Assembly (NCBI GenBank): GCA_038236695.1
Contig: JBBRZM010000010.1
Span: 2,363-66,362, forward strand
Reading direction: 5' to 3'
Length of the DNA: 64,000 nt
DNA from: Acidimicrobiia bacterium
GTDB lineage: Bacteria > Actinomycetota > Acidimicrobiia > IMCC26256 > JBBRZM01
Of the stretch, positions 8,799 through 18,509 are shown piece after piece. Made by a program: the position numbers and the translations under genes. The notes under the pieces were generated by a model. That model worked only from the letters and a program-made list of their open reading frames with translations, was not told the DNA's origin and did not search any database. Within the stretch, counting starts at the first letter, position 1. Each line of letters begins with the position of its first letter.

Positions 8799-10448
8799 GT
8801 GACCCGCCGAAACCGGGCGAACGAAGAGCCCGGTGTTACCGTTTCGGCCATGAAGGTCGCTCCTGACGCGTCGGCGCGCGCCCCGGCCTCCACGCCCGCT
8901 GCGTCCACGTCGCGGCGCGGGCCATCACTCTCGGCCGGCAGCCTCATCGTTGTCGCCGGAATTGCCGTCGCCGTCGCCGCAGGCCTGGTGTTGCGCTTCG
9001 TCACCCGTTCCGATCTCTGGCTCGACGAGGCGCTCTCGGTCAACATCGCCAAGCTGCCGCTCGATCAGCTGCGCGAGGCGTTGCGGCACGACGGCGCACC
9101 TCCGCTCTATTACGTACTGCTCCACGGCTGGATCCAGGTGTTCGGCTCGGGCGATGTCGCGGTACGCGCCTTGTCGGGTGTGTTCTCGGTCGCGACGCTG
9201 CCCAGTGCCTGGTGGTGCGGCCGGCGCCTCGGCGGACGACGGCTCGGGTGGGTCGCCGTGCTCGTGTTCGCATCCTCGCCGTACGCCATCCGCTATGCGA
9301 CCGAATCCCGCATGTACTCGCTGCAGATGTTCCTGGTGCTCGCGGGCTACCTCGCGTTCGTGCGGGCCCTGGAGCGGCCGGTACTGGGTCGCCTGGCGCT
9401 CGTCGCGGTCATCGCATCGGCGTTGATGTACACGCAGTACTGGTCGATGTACCTCCTGGCCGTGGTCGGCGTCGCCCTCGTGTTCCGCGCCGTGCGCGCC
9501 CCAACCCTGAATGAACGCCGGGCCGCACGATCGGTGATCGTCGCGATGATCGCCGCGGGCATCACGTTCCTGCCCTGGCTGTCGACGTTCCAATATCAGC
9601 TCGCGCACACGGGCACCCCATGGGGTGATCCGATCCTGCCGACGTCCGGCTTCGCCGACGCGATCATCGGTTTCGCGGGCGGCGCCGACCACTCCGAAGC
9701 GTTTGTGCTCCTCCTGCCGGTGCTGCTGCTCCCGCTGCTCGCGTTGTTCGGACGTGCCGTCGACAACCGCCGGGTCGAACTGGATCTCCACACCGTGCCC
9801 GGCATCCGCCGGGAGCTCGCGGCGGCGATCGCGGGTCTCGGCCTCGGGCTCACGGTTGCGTTCGCCGGGGGCACCGCGTTCGAGGCACGCTACGCGTCGG
9901 TTGCGTTTCCGTTGTTCGCGCTGGCGATTGCGTACGGGATTCTCGTTTTCGCCGATCGGCGGCTCTTTGTCGGCGCGGTTGTCGTGGTGACCATCCTCGG
10001 GTTGGGCGGGGGTGTGCGCGCCGCCTACGAGCAGCGCACGCAGGCGGCGCAGACAGCCGACTACATCCGGGCCCATGCCCACGCCGGTGACGTCGTCCTC
10101 TACTGCCCTGACCAGGTGGCACCGGATACGAACCGTTTGCTCGCCGGCGGCCCGCGGCTTACGCAGTTCACGTTCCCGAGCTTCGCCTCGCCCCAGTTCG
10201 TCGACTGGGTCGACTATGCCGACCGAAACGGTCGCACCGATCCGGCAGCGTTTGCGCGCGAAGTGTTGCAGCGCGCGGCGCATCACACGATCTGGTACGT
10301 CAACGTTGAGGGATACCGCAACGTACACGGGAAGTGCGACGCGCTCGGCACCGCCCTCGCCGCGGCCCGGCCGGGAGCCGTGGGCAGGGTCGCGCCTGAT
10401 GACAACCTCTTCGAGTTCATGGGCCTCACCGAGTATCGCGCGCGGTGA
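8799..10448 (+). CDS. GT-C membrane glycosyltransferase (GT39/ArnT-like)
   Basis: Many hydrophobic segments. LWLDEALSVNIA...APPLYYVLLHGW is typical of ArnT/PMT-like enzymes. Start is GTG 8799 or ATG 8850. Confidence 0.7.
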   Translation: MTRRNRANEEPGVTVSAMKVAPDASARAPASTPAASTSRRGPSLSAGSLIVVAGIAVAVAAGLVLRFVTRSDLWLDEALSVNIAKLPLDQLREALRHDGAPPLYYVLLHGWIQVFGSGDVAVRALSGVFSVATLPSAWWCGRRLGGRRLGWVAVLVFASSPYAIRYATESRMYSLQMFLVLAGYLAFVRALERPVLGRLALVAVIASALMYTQYWSMYLLAVVGVALVFRAVRAPTLNERRAARSVIVAMIAAGITFLPWLSTFQYQLAHTGTPWGDPILPTSGFADAIIGFAGGADHSEAFVLLLPVLLLPLLALFGRAVDNRRVELDLHTVPGIRRELAAAIAGLGLGLTVAFAGGTAFEARYASVAFPLFALAIAYGILVFADRRLFVGAVVVVTILGLGGGVRAAYEQRTQAAQTADYIRAHAHAGDVVLYCPDQVAPDTNRLLAGGPRLTQFTFPSFASPQFVDWVDYADRNGRTDPAAFAREVLQRAAHHTIWYVNVEGYRNVHGKCDALGTALAAARPGAVGRVAPDDNLFEFMGLTEYRAR

Positions 10449-11572
10449 TCAACACCTCCCGCGGGCGCGGCTGGTCCGACTTCTTCGGCCGCGACCTGAT
10501 GCACGCGTTCGTCCCGTGGCTCCTCGCGCGTGTCTGCGTGCTGGGTGCGCTCGCTGTTGTGCGCTACGGGCTCGAGGACGCGCACCTGCGTCGTCCGGTG
10601 CCGGCGAAACAGGGGCTCTTCGCGTGGGACGCCGCGTTCTATCGCGTCATCGCCGAAGCCGGGTACCGGCCATCACGCGACCGTTTGCGCTTCTTCCCGC
10701 TGGTGCCGCTGCTCTCGCGGTGGCTGGGCGCGGTGATGTTCGGCCATACGGCCGCGGCGCTGCTCGTGGTCGCGAGCGTCTCCGCACTCGTGTTCGGGGG
10801 GCTGCTGTACTCGCTCGCGCTGCGCGAGACGGGCGACCCGCGGGTCGCGAACCGCGCCGCGTGGTTCGCGGCCATCTTCCCGCCGGCCATGGTGCTCGTG
10901 CTCGGCTATGCCGAGGCCACGCTGATGGCGCTCGCGGTCGGCATGTTCATCGCACTCCGCTCGCGTCGCTGGGCGCTGGCCGCGCTGCTCGGCGTGCTCG
11001 CGGGGCTGTGCCGCCCGATCGCCGTCTTGCTCGCGATACCTGCCCTGATCGAAGTCGCGAGGCACTGGCAACGCATACCGAGAGCGGAGCGCATCACACG
11101 CGGCGCGGCGGTTCTCTCGCCGCTCGTCGGTATCGGCATCTTCCTCGCCTGGGCCGGCGGCGTGTACGGCGACTGGCTGGAGCCGCTGCGCCTTCAGACG
11201 ACCAAGCGGCTGCGCGGCGGATTCGAGAATCCCGCCACCCGGGTCGGCCACGCGTTCGGCGACCTCTTCGGCGACCAGTTCGGATCCGGGCTCCACGTCG
11301 TGTGGGCGCTCCTGTTCATCGTGGTGATCATCGTGTTGGCGCGCCGGCTGCCGTCGTCGTACGCGGCCTACGCAGCGGCGACCGTGCTCGTCGGCCTCTC
11401 CGCCCACAACCTCGACTCCTTCGAGCGCTACGCGATGAGCGCGTTCCCGCTCGCGCTCGGCGTCGCGCTGATCACCGGGCCCGAGGAGGTCGAGAAGGGT
11501 GCGATCGTGCTGGCCACCGCGGGATTGGTCGGCTACGCGACGTTGGCGTTCCTCGGCGTCTCCGTGCCGTAG
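10445..11572 (+). CDS. PIG-V-like mannosyltransferase family membrane protein (GT-C)
   Basis: GTGA overlap with the upstream gene. FAWDAAFYRVIAEAGY motif and a polytopic hydrophobic profile. Confidence 0.6.
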   Translation: MINTSRGRGWSDFFGRDLMHAFVPWLLARVCVLGALAVVRYGLEDAHLRRPVPAKQGLFAWDAAFYRVIAEAGYRPSRDRLRFFPLVPLLSRWLGAVMFGHTAAALLVVASVSALVFGGLLYSLALRETGDPRVANRAAWFAAIFPPAMVLVLGYAEATLMALAVGMFIALRSRRWALAALLGVLAGLCRPIAVLLAIPALIEVARHWQRIPRAERITRGAAVLSPLVGIGIFLAWAGGVYGDWLEPLRLQTTKRLRGGFENPATRVGHAFGDLFGDQFGSGLHVVWALLFIVVIIVLARRLPSSYAAYAAATVLVGLSAHNLDSFERYAMSAFPLALGVALITGPEEVEKGAIVLATAGLVGYATLAFLGVSVP

Positions 11573-11667
11573 CGGTGGTCCCGCGCGCCGGGCCGTCGCC
11601 CGCCCGCGAATGGCCGCGAATCGACCCTTTGAGCGCGTGCTCCCGTAGACTGAGCCGATCCTGCACG

Positions 11668-11686
11668 GCCGGCCCGGTGGGCCGGC
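11668..11686 (+). terminator. GC-rich hairpin (8-bp stem GCCGGCCC/GGGCCGGC, 3-nt loop)
   Basis: Sits in the only sizeable gap (187 nt) of the glycan locus. No U-tract. Confidence 0.3.
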
Positions 11687-11759
11687 GCCGAGGCACGACA
11701 GCCCCATCAGTCCTCGTTTCGTTCCCACCAGTCCTCGCAGCCCTCCGGGAGCCGACGGC

Positions 11760-13229
11760 GTGCCCACGAACGACCAGCCCAACGTAGTGATCATCGGAGC
11801 CGGACCTGCCGGGCTCACCGCCGCGTACGAGCTCACCAAGCGCGGCGTGGCGTCGACCGTGCTCGAAGCCGACACCGTCGTCGGCGGGATCAGCCGTACC
11901 GCGGAACGCGACGGCTGGCGCTTCGACATCGGCGGCCACCGGTTTTTCACCAAAGTGAAGCCGGTCGAAGACTTGTGGTTCGAGATCCTCGGTAAGGACG
12001 AGTTCCTCCGTCGCCCGCGCATGAGCCGCATCTTCTACAAGGGCAAGCTCTACGACTACCCGCTCGTACCGATGAACGCGCTGAAGAACCTCGGTTTCAT
12101 CGAAGCGGTGCGCTGCGTGCTCTCGTACCTCTGGGTGCGCATCAAGCCGCCGAAGGATCAGAGGAACATCGAGGGGTTCATCGCCGGACGCTTCGGATGG
12201 CGTCTGTACCGCACCTTCTTCAAGACCTACACCGAGAAGTTGTGGGGTGTGCCGTGCACCGAGATCCAGGCCGACTGGGGCGCCCAGCGCATCAAGAACC
12301 TCTCGTTGTTCCGTGCCGTATGGGAAGCGCTGATGCCGAAGTCGCTGAAGAGGAATCGCGGCAAGTCGAAGCAGGTCACGAGCCTCATCGACGAGTTCAA
12401 CTATCCGAAGTACGGCCCCGGTCAGATGTGGGAGAAGTGTACCGAGCTCGTCACGGCCAAGGGCACCAAAGTCGTGTTCAACTCCAACGTCACCAAGGTG
12501 CACCACCACAGCGCCGCCGCGGTCGCAGTCACGGCCGAGACCGATGGCGCGCCGACGCGCTACGACTGCACGCACGTCATCTCGTCGATGCCAATCGGCG
12601 CGCTGGTGGAGGCCATGGACCCGCCCGCACCGCCCGAAGTGCTCGCGGCGGCACGAGGACTGGCGTACCGCGACTTCATGACGGTGGCACTGGTCGTGCC
12701 CGAGGACGCGGGGTTCGCCGACAACTGGATCTACATCCACGATCCCGAAGTGAGCGTCGGACGCATTCAGAACTTCGGCCAGTGGTCGCCGTATCTCGTC
12801 AAGGACGGGCGCACCTGTCTCGGGCTCGAGTTCTTCGTGACCGAAGGTGACGACATGTGGACCAAGCCCGACGATCAACTCATCGAGCAGGGCAAGCGCG
12901 AGCTGCAGGCGCTCGGACTCGTCGATTCGGCGCGAGTCGAGTCGGGCTACGTGGTGCGGATGCCGAAGGCGTACCCGATGTACGACGGCACGTACAAGGC
13001 CAACATCCAAGTGCTGCGCGACTGGCTCGACGCCAACACCCCAAACGTCTATCCCACCGGTCGCAACGGCATGCACAAGTACAACAACCAGGATCACTCC
13101 ATGTACACCGCGATGTTGTCGGTCGACAACATCTTCGGCGCCGACCACGACGTGTGGACCGTCAACGTCGAGGCCGAGTACCACGAGGAGACCCATCCCG
13201 ACACCGAGGACACGGAGCCGATCAGCTGA
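11760..13229 (+). CDS. NAD(P)/FAD-dependent oxidoreductase (amine-oxidase / UDP-galactopyranose-mutase-like fold)
   Basis: GTG start. VVIIGAGPAGLTAAYEL dinucleotide-binding motif. 489 aa. Confidence 0.75.
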   Translation: MPTNDQPNVVIIGAGPAGLTAAYELTKRGVASTVLEADTVVGGISRTAERDGWRFDIGGHRFFTKVKPVEDLWFEILGKDEFLRRPRMSRIFYKGKLYDYPLVPMNALKNLGFIEAVRCVLSYLWVRIKPPKDQRNIEGFIAGRFGWRLYRTFFKTYTEKLWGVPCTEIQADWGAQRIKNLSLFRAVWEALMPKSLKRNRGKSKQVTSLIDEFNYPKYGPGQMWEKCTELVTAKGTKVVFNSNVTKVHHHSAAAVAVTAETDGAPTRYDCTHVISSMPIGALVEAMDPPAPPEVLAAARGLAYRDFMTVALVVPEDAGFADNWIYIHDPEVSVGRIQNFGQWSPYLVKDGRTCLGLEFFVTEGDDMWTKPDDQLIEQGKRELQALGLVDSARVESGYVVRMPKAYPMYDGTYKANIQVLRDWLDANTPNVYPTGRNGMHKYNNQDHSMYTAMLSVDNIFGADHDVWTVNVEAEYHEETHPDTEDTEPIS

Positions 13230-13288
13230 GCGCGACCGGCGGGACTCACGGGCCTCGCGCCGATGGCGCGCCCACGGCCGACGCCGCC

Positions 13289-14608
13289 GTGGCCCCACCC
13301 GCGAACCACGCCGACGTCACTGACAGCGAACCTGCGAACCCAACCGACGTCGCGGTTGGCGAACCCGCACACCCGGCCGACGCCGCCTTACCCGTCGTCG
13401 CGAACCGCCTGCATTTCCCCTGTTTCGACGGCCTGCGCGCGATCGCGGCCATCGCGGTGCTGCTGCATCACGTCGGGTTCCAAAGCGGCTACAGCATCAA
13501 TGGTCGCTTCGGTGCGTTCTTTGCCCACGGCGACGCGGGCGTACCGATCTTCTTTCTCATCTCCGGGTTCCTGCTCTACCGGCCATTCGTCACCGCGCAT
13601 CTCGACGGGCGTCCGCCGCTCGAGGCCCGCCGGTTCTTCTGGAACCGATTCCTGCGGATCGTGCCCGCATTCTGGGTCGCGCTGCTGCTCATCTGGATCT
13701 TCTTCGGGTTCACGAACGGCGCGCTCCATACACCCCGCGACTTCATCACCTACTTCGGATTCGGTCAGGTCTACGACCGGGTGCGCTTCTTCGGCGGCAT
13801 CAACCAGGCGTGGAGCCTCGGTACCGAGCTGAGCTTCTATCTGTTCCTTCCGCTCTACGCGTGGATCGTCCACATGATCGCAGTGCGGAGCCGCTCGCGC
13901 GTTCGCGTCGAGATCATCGGGCTCGTCGTGCTGTACGTCACGAGCGTCGCGTGCCGACTGGCGGTGTTCACCGCCGATCCGTACTGGCGCCACGTGCACG
14001 TCGCGTCGTCGGGCGCGCCGCGTGCGTTCCTCGCCGCGAGCTACTGGCTCCCGAGCTACTTCGACTTGTTTGCAATGGGCATGGGTCTGGCGTTGCTCAG
14101 CGCGTGGGCCGCACGCCAGACGACGCCCAACCGAGTGGTGGAGCTCATTGGTCGCTGGCCCGGAGTGTGGTGGCTGCTCTCGGCGGTGACGTTCTGGATC
14201 GTCTGCACCCAAGTGGGCCTGCCGCGTGACCTCACGCTCCTCACCGGCCGCCAGTTGATGGTGCGCCAGTTCCTGTACGGGCTGAGCGCGCTGTTCCTCG
14301 TCGTGCCGGCCGCGTTCGGACCGCCGCATCGCGGTGGGGTGCGCGCGTTCCTCCAATGGCGCCCGATCGCGTACATCGGGTTGGTGTCCTACGGCGTGTA
14401 CCTGTGGCACGAAGCGTGGATACCCCAGGTGATGAGCTGGTTTGGCTGGGACCTGTTCGCCGGTCACGTCGTGCAGATCGCCGTGGTGTCGTTCGCGTTC
14501 ACCTTGGCAACCGCGACTCTCAGCTACCTCATTGTCGAGCGGCCGGCGTTGCGGCTCAAGAGCCGTATGCCATTCCGCCGCCGCGCACCGGCGGTGTCGA
14601 CGCCGTGA
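13289..14608 (+). CDS. Acyltransferase family 3 (membrane O-acyltransferase), paralog 1
   Basis: FPCFDGLRAIAAIAVLLHHV and VSYGVYLWH motifs, polytopic. The start is uncertain. GTG 13289 is the first plausible start after the upstream stop. The ORF-track start at 12857 overlaps the flavoprotein gene. Confidence 0.75.
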   Translation: MAPPANHADVTDSEPANPTDVAVGEPAHPADAALPVVANRLHFPCFDGLRAIAAIAVLLHHVGFQSGYSINGRFGAFFAHGDAGVPIFFLISGFLLYRPFVTAHLDGRPPLEARRFFWNRFLRIVPAFWVALLLIWIFFGFTNGALHTPRDFITYFGFGQVYDRVRFFGGINQAWSLGTELSFYLFLPLYAWIVHMIAVRSRSRVRVEIIGLVVLYVTSVACRLAVFTADPYWRHVHVASSGAPRAFLAASYWLPSYFDLFAMGMGLALLSAWAARQTTPNRVVELIGRWPGVWWLLSAVTFWIVCTQVGLPRDLTLLTGRQLMVRQFLYGLSALFLVVPAAFGPPHRGGVRAFLQWRPIAYIGLVSYGVYLWHEAWIPQVMSWFGWDLFAGHVVQIAVVSFAFTLATATLSYLIVERPALRLKSRMPFRRRAPAVSTP

Positions 14609-15903
14609 CCGTGAAACCCGATGTCATGGGAGACGAGTTCGACGCGAGCAGCGGCGTGGCGGGCGAACCCGCGCATCCGGCTGACGCGAGCAATCCTGTC
14701 GTCGGTGATCGCGCGCACTTTCCCGGCTTCGACGGACTGCGTGCCATCGCCGCCATCGCGGTGTTGCTTACCCACGTCGCGGCGGCCGCCGGGTCGTACT
14801 CGAGCACCTACTGGGGAAAATTCCTCGCCCACATGGACGCCGGCGTGGCGATCTTCTTCCTGCTGTCGGGCTTCTTGCTGTACCGGCCGTTCGTGGCCGC
14901 ACATCTCGCCGACCGGTCCCCGCCGCGCCTGAGTGACTTCTACTGGCGCCGCGCGTTGCGCATTCTGCCCGCCTACTGGCTCGTGCTCACGGCGACCATC
15001 GTCGTGCTCGGCACCGTGAAGGTGCACAACGCCGGCGACGTGTTCTACCTCTACGGGTTTGCGCAGATCTACTCGAGTACGCACCTGCTCACTGGGATCG
15101 TGCAGGCGTGGAGCCTCTGCGTCGAGATCAGTTTCTACCTCTTCCTCCCGTTGTTCGCGCTCGCGATACGTGCGCTCGCTATTCCCATCGCGCGACGGTT
15201 CCACGGGGAGCTCATCGCCGTGTGCAGCCTGATCGTGGTCGGTCTCACGACGCACGCGCTCTTGTTGTGGAGCCACGCTCACGCCACACCCTCCACCTTG
15301 TGGCTGCCGTCGCAGCTCGACCTGTTCGGACTCGGTATGGGTCTCGCGGTGATCAGCGTCTGGGTGGAGCGCCGCGGCGCGGCTCCGAAGTGGATCGACA
15401 CGATCGGCCGATATCCGGCGCTGTGGTGGGCGCTCGCGGGCGTCGCGTTCTTCGTGATCTCGACGCAGCTCGGCTTGTCGGCCGACACGCTCAACATCAC
15501 GAAACGCCAGGAGATGCTCAAGCAAATGTTCTACGGCGCGACCGGGTTCTTCTTGTTGTTGCCCGCGGTGTTCGGTGACCAGGAGCGCGGCCGGATCCGA
15601 TGGTTCCTGCGCTCCCGCGTCGTCGCGTGGGTCGGCCTCGTGTCATACGGCGTGTTCCTCTGGCACAAAGATCTCATCAAGCTGCTCGCCCCCGAGAACG
15701 CCTTCGGCCAGCCGATCCTGCGGTCGTGGATTCTCGCGCCGCACTTCCTGTCGGTACTCGTCCTCACGCTCGCAATGACGTTCGCCGTTGCCGCGTTGAG
15801 CTACTACTTCGTGGAACGACCGGCGTTGCGATTGAAGCGGCGTCCGCCATGGCGCCGGAACACTGAGGCGCCGGTCCGGGCCGCGGACACACCCGCGGCC
15901 TAG
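14605..15903 (+). CDS. Acyltransferase family 3, paralog 2 (tandem duplicate)
   Basis: GTG 14605 overlaps the upstream TGA (GTGA); ATG 14626 is an alternative. FPGFDGLRAIAAIAVLLTHV. Shares the GEPAHPADA leader with paralog 1. Confidence 0.75.
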   Translation: MTVKPDVMGDEFDASSGVAGEPAHPADASNPVVGDRAHFPGFDGLRAIAAIAVLLTHVAAAAGSYSSTYWGKFLAHMDAGVAIFFLLSGFLLYRPFVAAHLADRSPPRLSDFYWRRALRILPAYWLVLTATIVVLGTVKVHNAGDVFYLYGFAQIYSSTHLLTGIVQAWSLCVEISFYLFLPLFALAIRALAIPIARRFHGELIAVCSLIVVGLTTHALLLWSHAHATPSTLWLPSQLDLFGLGMGLAVISVWVERRGAAPKWIDTIGRYPALWWALAGVAFFVISTQLGLSADTLNITKRQEMLKQMFYGATGFFLLLPAVFGDQERGRIRWFLRSRVVAWVGLVSYGVFLWHKDLIKLLAPENAFGQPILRSWILAPHFLSVLVLTLAMTFAVAALSYYFVERPALRLKRRPPWRRNTEAPVRAADTPAA

Positions 15904-15915
15904 CCTGGCATCGAC

Positions 15916-16638
15916 GTGCGTACCCTCATCATCATCCCGGCGTACAACGAGGAAGCCGCACTTCCCGCCGTGCTCCAAGAGCTCGCGGAGCGCGCCGAGG
16001 AGCACGACCTGCTCGTGGTCGACGACGGGTCGAACGATCACACCACCGATGTCGGCAAGCGGGCCGGTGCGACCGTGATGACGCTGCCGTTCAACTTGGG
16101 GGTCGGTGGGGCGTTGCGCGCCGGCTTTCGGTACGCGGTCGCCTGCGGCTACGACCGCAGCATCCAGTTCGACGCCGACGGCCAGCACGATCCCGCCGAG
16201 ATCAAGAAGTTGCTGCACGCGCTCGACGAGGGTGCCGACATGGCGATCGGTAATCGGTTCGGCGGTGACGTCGACGAGTACGGCGTCGGCGCGGCTCGCG
16301 GGGGGGCGATGGCCGCGCTCCGCGTTGTCGTGCGGTTGCTGACCGGTCGGCGGTTCTCCGACACGACGTCGGGATTCCGGGCGTTCAACCGGCCCGTGGT
16401 CGAGATGTTCGCGCGCGAGCTGTCGGTCGAGTACATGGGCGACACGGTGGAGGCACTGCTGCTCGCGTTGGCCCACGGTTTCACGGTGGTGGAAGTCCCG
16501 ACGCGGATGCGGAGCCGTGCCGGCGGCGCGCCGTCGCAACGAAAGCTGCGGCTCGTGTACCGGTATCTGCGCACGATGCTCGTGCTCGCGTGCACCGCGT
16601 CGAGGCGACCGCCCCGCCCGCGTGGAGCGGCGCGATGA
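15916..16638 (+). CDS. Glycosyltransferase family 2 (polyprenyl-phosphate sugar synthase-like)
   Basis: VRTLIIIPAYNEE, VVDDGSND and QFDADGQHDP (DxD region). 240 aa, soluble. Confidence 0.8.
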   Translation: MRTLIIIPAYNEEAALPAVLQELAERAEEHDLLVVDDGSNDHTTDVGKRAGATVMTLPFNLGVGGALRAGFRYAVACGYDRSIQFDADGQHDPAEIKKLLHALDEGADMAIGNRFGGDVDEYGVGAARGGAMAALRVVVRLLTGRRFSDTTSGFRAFNRPVVEMFARELSVEYMGDTVEALLLALAHGFTVVEVPTRMRSRAGGAPSQRKLRLVYRYLRTMLVLACTASRRPPRPRGAAR

Positions 16639-17030
16639 ACACCGGCACCCGCGTGCTCGTCGCGGTGATGCTCGTCGGGTCGCTGCTGTGGCTCTTGCGT
16701 CTCGTCCGCTATCGGCAGTTGCGGGGCAAGTACGTGCTCCCGTGGATCTTCGCCGTACCGGTGCTCTCGCTCCTCGCTCTGTGGCCGTGGTTGCTGCACC
16801 GCGGCGCCGACGCCCTCGGGGTGCAGTACCCGCTGGGCGGGTTCTTGCTCCTCGGCCTCGCGTTCGCCCTGCTCCTGCTCGTGCACACGTCCTGGGAGCT
16901 GTCGCGCCTCGAGGAACGGGCGCGTTCGCTTGCGGAGGAGTTGGCGCTGTTGCGCGCCCGCATGTTCGACCGCGGTGATCTCAGCGAGGGCATGCCACCC
17001 GATCCGGCGAGCGACGCCGACCGCCGGTGA
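16635..17030 (+). CDS. DUF2304-type small membrane protein
   Basis: ATGA overlap with the GT2 gene. MNTGTRVLVAVMLVGSLLWLLRLVRYRQLRGKY, about 4 TM. Commonly partners a GT2. Confidence 0.65.
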   Translation: MNTGTRVLVAVMLVGSLLWLLRLVRYRQLRGKYVLPWIFAVPVLSLLALWPWLLHRGADALGVQYPLGGFLLLGLAFALLLLVHTSWELSRLEERARSLAEELALLRARMFDRGDLSEGMPPDPASDADRR

Positions 17031-17105
17031 CCGGTTTCGACCGGCCCTGACCTGCACGGGAGCGATCACGACCGAACCGCCGATCTCGCAGCTCGGCCGG
17101 TAACG

Positions 17106-18509
17106 TTGGCGCCCGTGACGACCCGCACGAAGCACTTCCTCCTCTGGCTGTCGCTTCTCACGTGCGTCGGCTTGGCCGTGCGGCTCTTCTACGCCTACCA
17201 CTACAAGTGGGGCCAGGCCATCGGGGGCGACGCGTTCTATTACCACTACCAGGCCAACGGCCTGGTCCACGGTGGCGGTTTCCAGGTCTACCGGGACTTG
17301 CACAACGGACACGTGATACCGCGCGGCGCGTCGGCCGACCATCCGCCCCTCGCGCCGCTGTACTACGCCGCGTTCTCGCTCGTCGGCCTGTCGAGCTTTC
17401 ACTGGCACATGGTCGCCAGCTGCCTGCTCGGCGCCGCCACCGTATTGGTCTGCGGACTGGTCGGACGGGAGGTCGTGGGGGAGCGAACCGGCCTGATCGC
17501 GGCGGCCATCGCCGCGGTGTACGCCAACTTGTGGGTGCAGGACCCGCTGGTGACCTCGGAGACGATCACGATGTTCATGGTCGCGGTCGTCGTGCTCCTG
17601 TCGTACCGGTTCTGGCGGCAACCGAGTACGGCGCGAGCGCTGTGGCTCGGCGCGATGTGTGGCGTCGCCATGCTCACGCGCGCCGAAGTCGCCCTCTTTC
17701 TCCCGCTCGTGCTGTTGCCGTCGGCGTGGCGGGTCAAGTCGTGGGACGTGCGCCGCCGGCTCGGGGTGATCCTGGCCGGCGGCGCGCTCGCGGCCCTGGT
17801 GATCTCGCCGTGGGTGATCCGCAACATGACGGCGTTCCGCTATCCGCTGTACTTGTCCGGCGGCGCGGAGATCACGATCGCGAGCGCCAACTGCGATGCC
17901 GTGTACTACGGGCCGCTGCTCGGGTGGTGGAACCCGAAGTGCGTGCTCGACCGACCGGTCCCCAAGGGTGATGCCTCCGAGCAGGCGCGTGAGTGGCGCC
18001 GGCGCGCGTTCGCGTACATCCGGGCGCACGAGGACCGATTGCCGGTGGTCGAGGCGGCGCGCTTGGGTCGGGTGTTCGAGCTGTACCACCCAGGGTCGCC
18101 GTGGGGGACGCCCAACATCAGTCAGAAGATCCAGTACGACCGTATTGAGGGCCGCGAGCTCGGCGCGGCGAGGATCGCGCTTGCCCAGTACTACCTGCTC
18201 GCGCCGCTCGCGATCATTGGCGCGGTCGTGCTGTGGCGCCGGAAGGTGACGCTGCTGCCGTTCGTGGCGACGTTCGTGATCGTCGTCAGCGCGGTGCTCA
18301 TAGCGTTCGGCAACACGCGGTATCGCGCGCCGCTCGAAATCGCTTTTGTCGTGTTGCCGGCCGTCGTCATCGACGCCGCCATCACCCGCTGGTGGAGAAG
18401 GTCGTCGACGCTGTCGGCCGAGCCCGACACGTCGCCCGACGTCGAGACTGACGACACGGAGGTCGCGGCGCCGCTCGAGCCCGCGGGGACGCCGGTCGGC
18501 CCGCGTTGA
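17106..18509 (+). CDS. GT-C membrane glycosyltransferase (ArnT/PMT_2-like)
   Basis: TTG start, 467 aa, polytopic. GGDAFYYHYQANGLVHG...DHPPLAPLYY. Confidence 0.65.
   Translation: MAPVTTRTKHFLLWLSLLTCVGLAVRLFYAYHYKWGQAIGGDAFYYHYQANGLVHGGGFQVYRDLHNGHVIPRGASADHPPLAPLYYAAFSLVGLSSFHWHMVASCLLGAATVLVCGLVGREVVGERTGLIAAAIAAVYANLWVQDPLVTSETITMFMVAVVVLLSYRFWRQPSTARALWLGAMCGVAMLTRAEVALFLPLVLLPSAWRVKSWDVRRRLGVILAGGALAALVISPWVIRNMTAFRYPLYLSGGAEITIASANCDAVYYGPLLGWWNPKCVLDRPVPKGDASEQAREWRRRAFAYIRAHEDRLPVVEAARLGRVFELYHPGSPWGTPNISQKIQYDRIEGRELGAARIALAQYYLLAPLAIIGAVVLWRRKVTLLPFVATFVIVVSAVLIAFGNTRYRAPLEIAFVVLPAVVIDAAITRWWRRSSTLSAEPDTSPDVETDDTEVAAPLEPAGTPVGPR

Noticed and set aside
12857-13288. N-terminal extensions of track ORFs (12857..13288, 1308..1733, 2444..2935, 25229..25357, 27592..28533, 34405..34698, 37419..37835, 40747..40971, 45065..45277, 14356..14604).
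   Set aside because: Each extension overlaps the well-supported upstream gene and has low-complexity Arg/Ser/Pro composition. Each is followed by an internal start that aligns with the family N-terminus, often with a coupled stop/start overlap.
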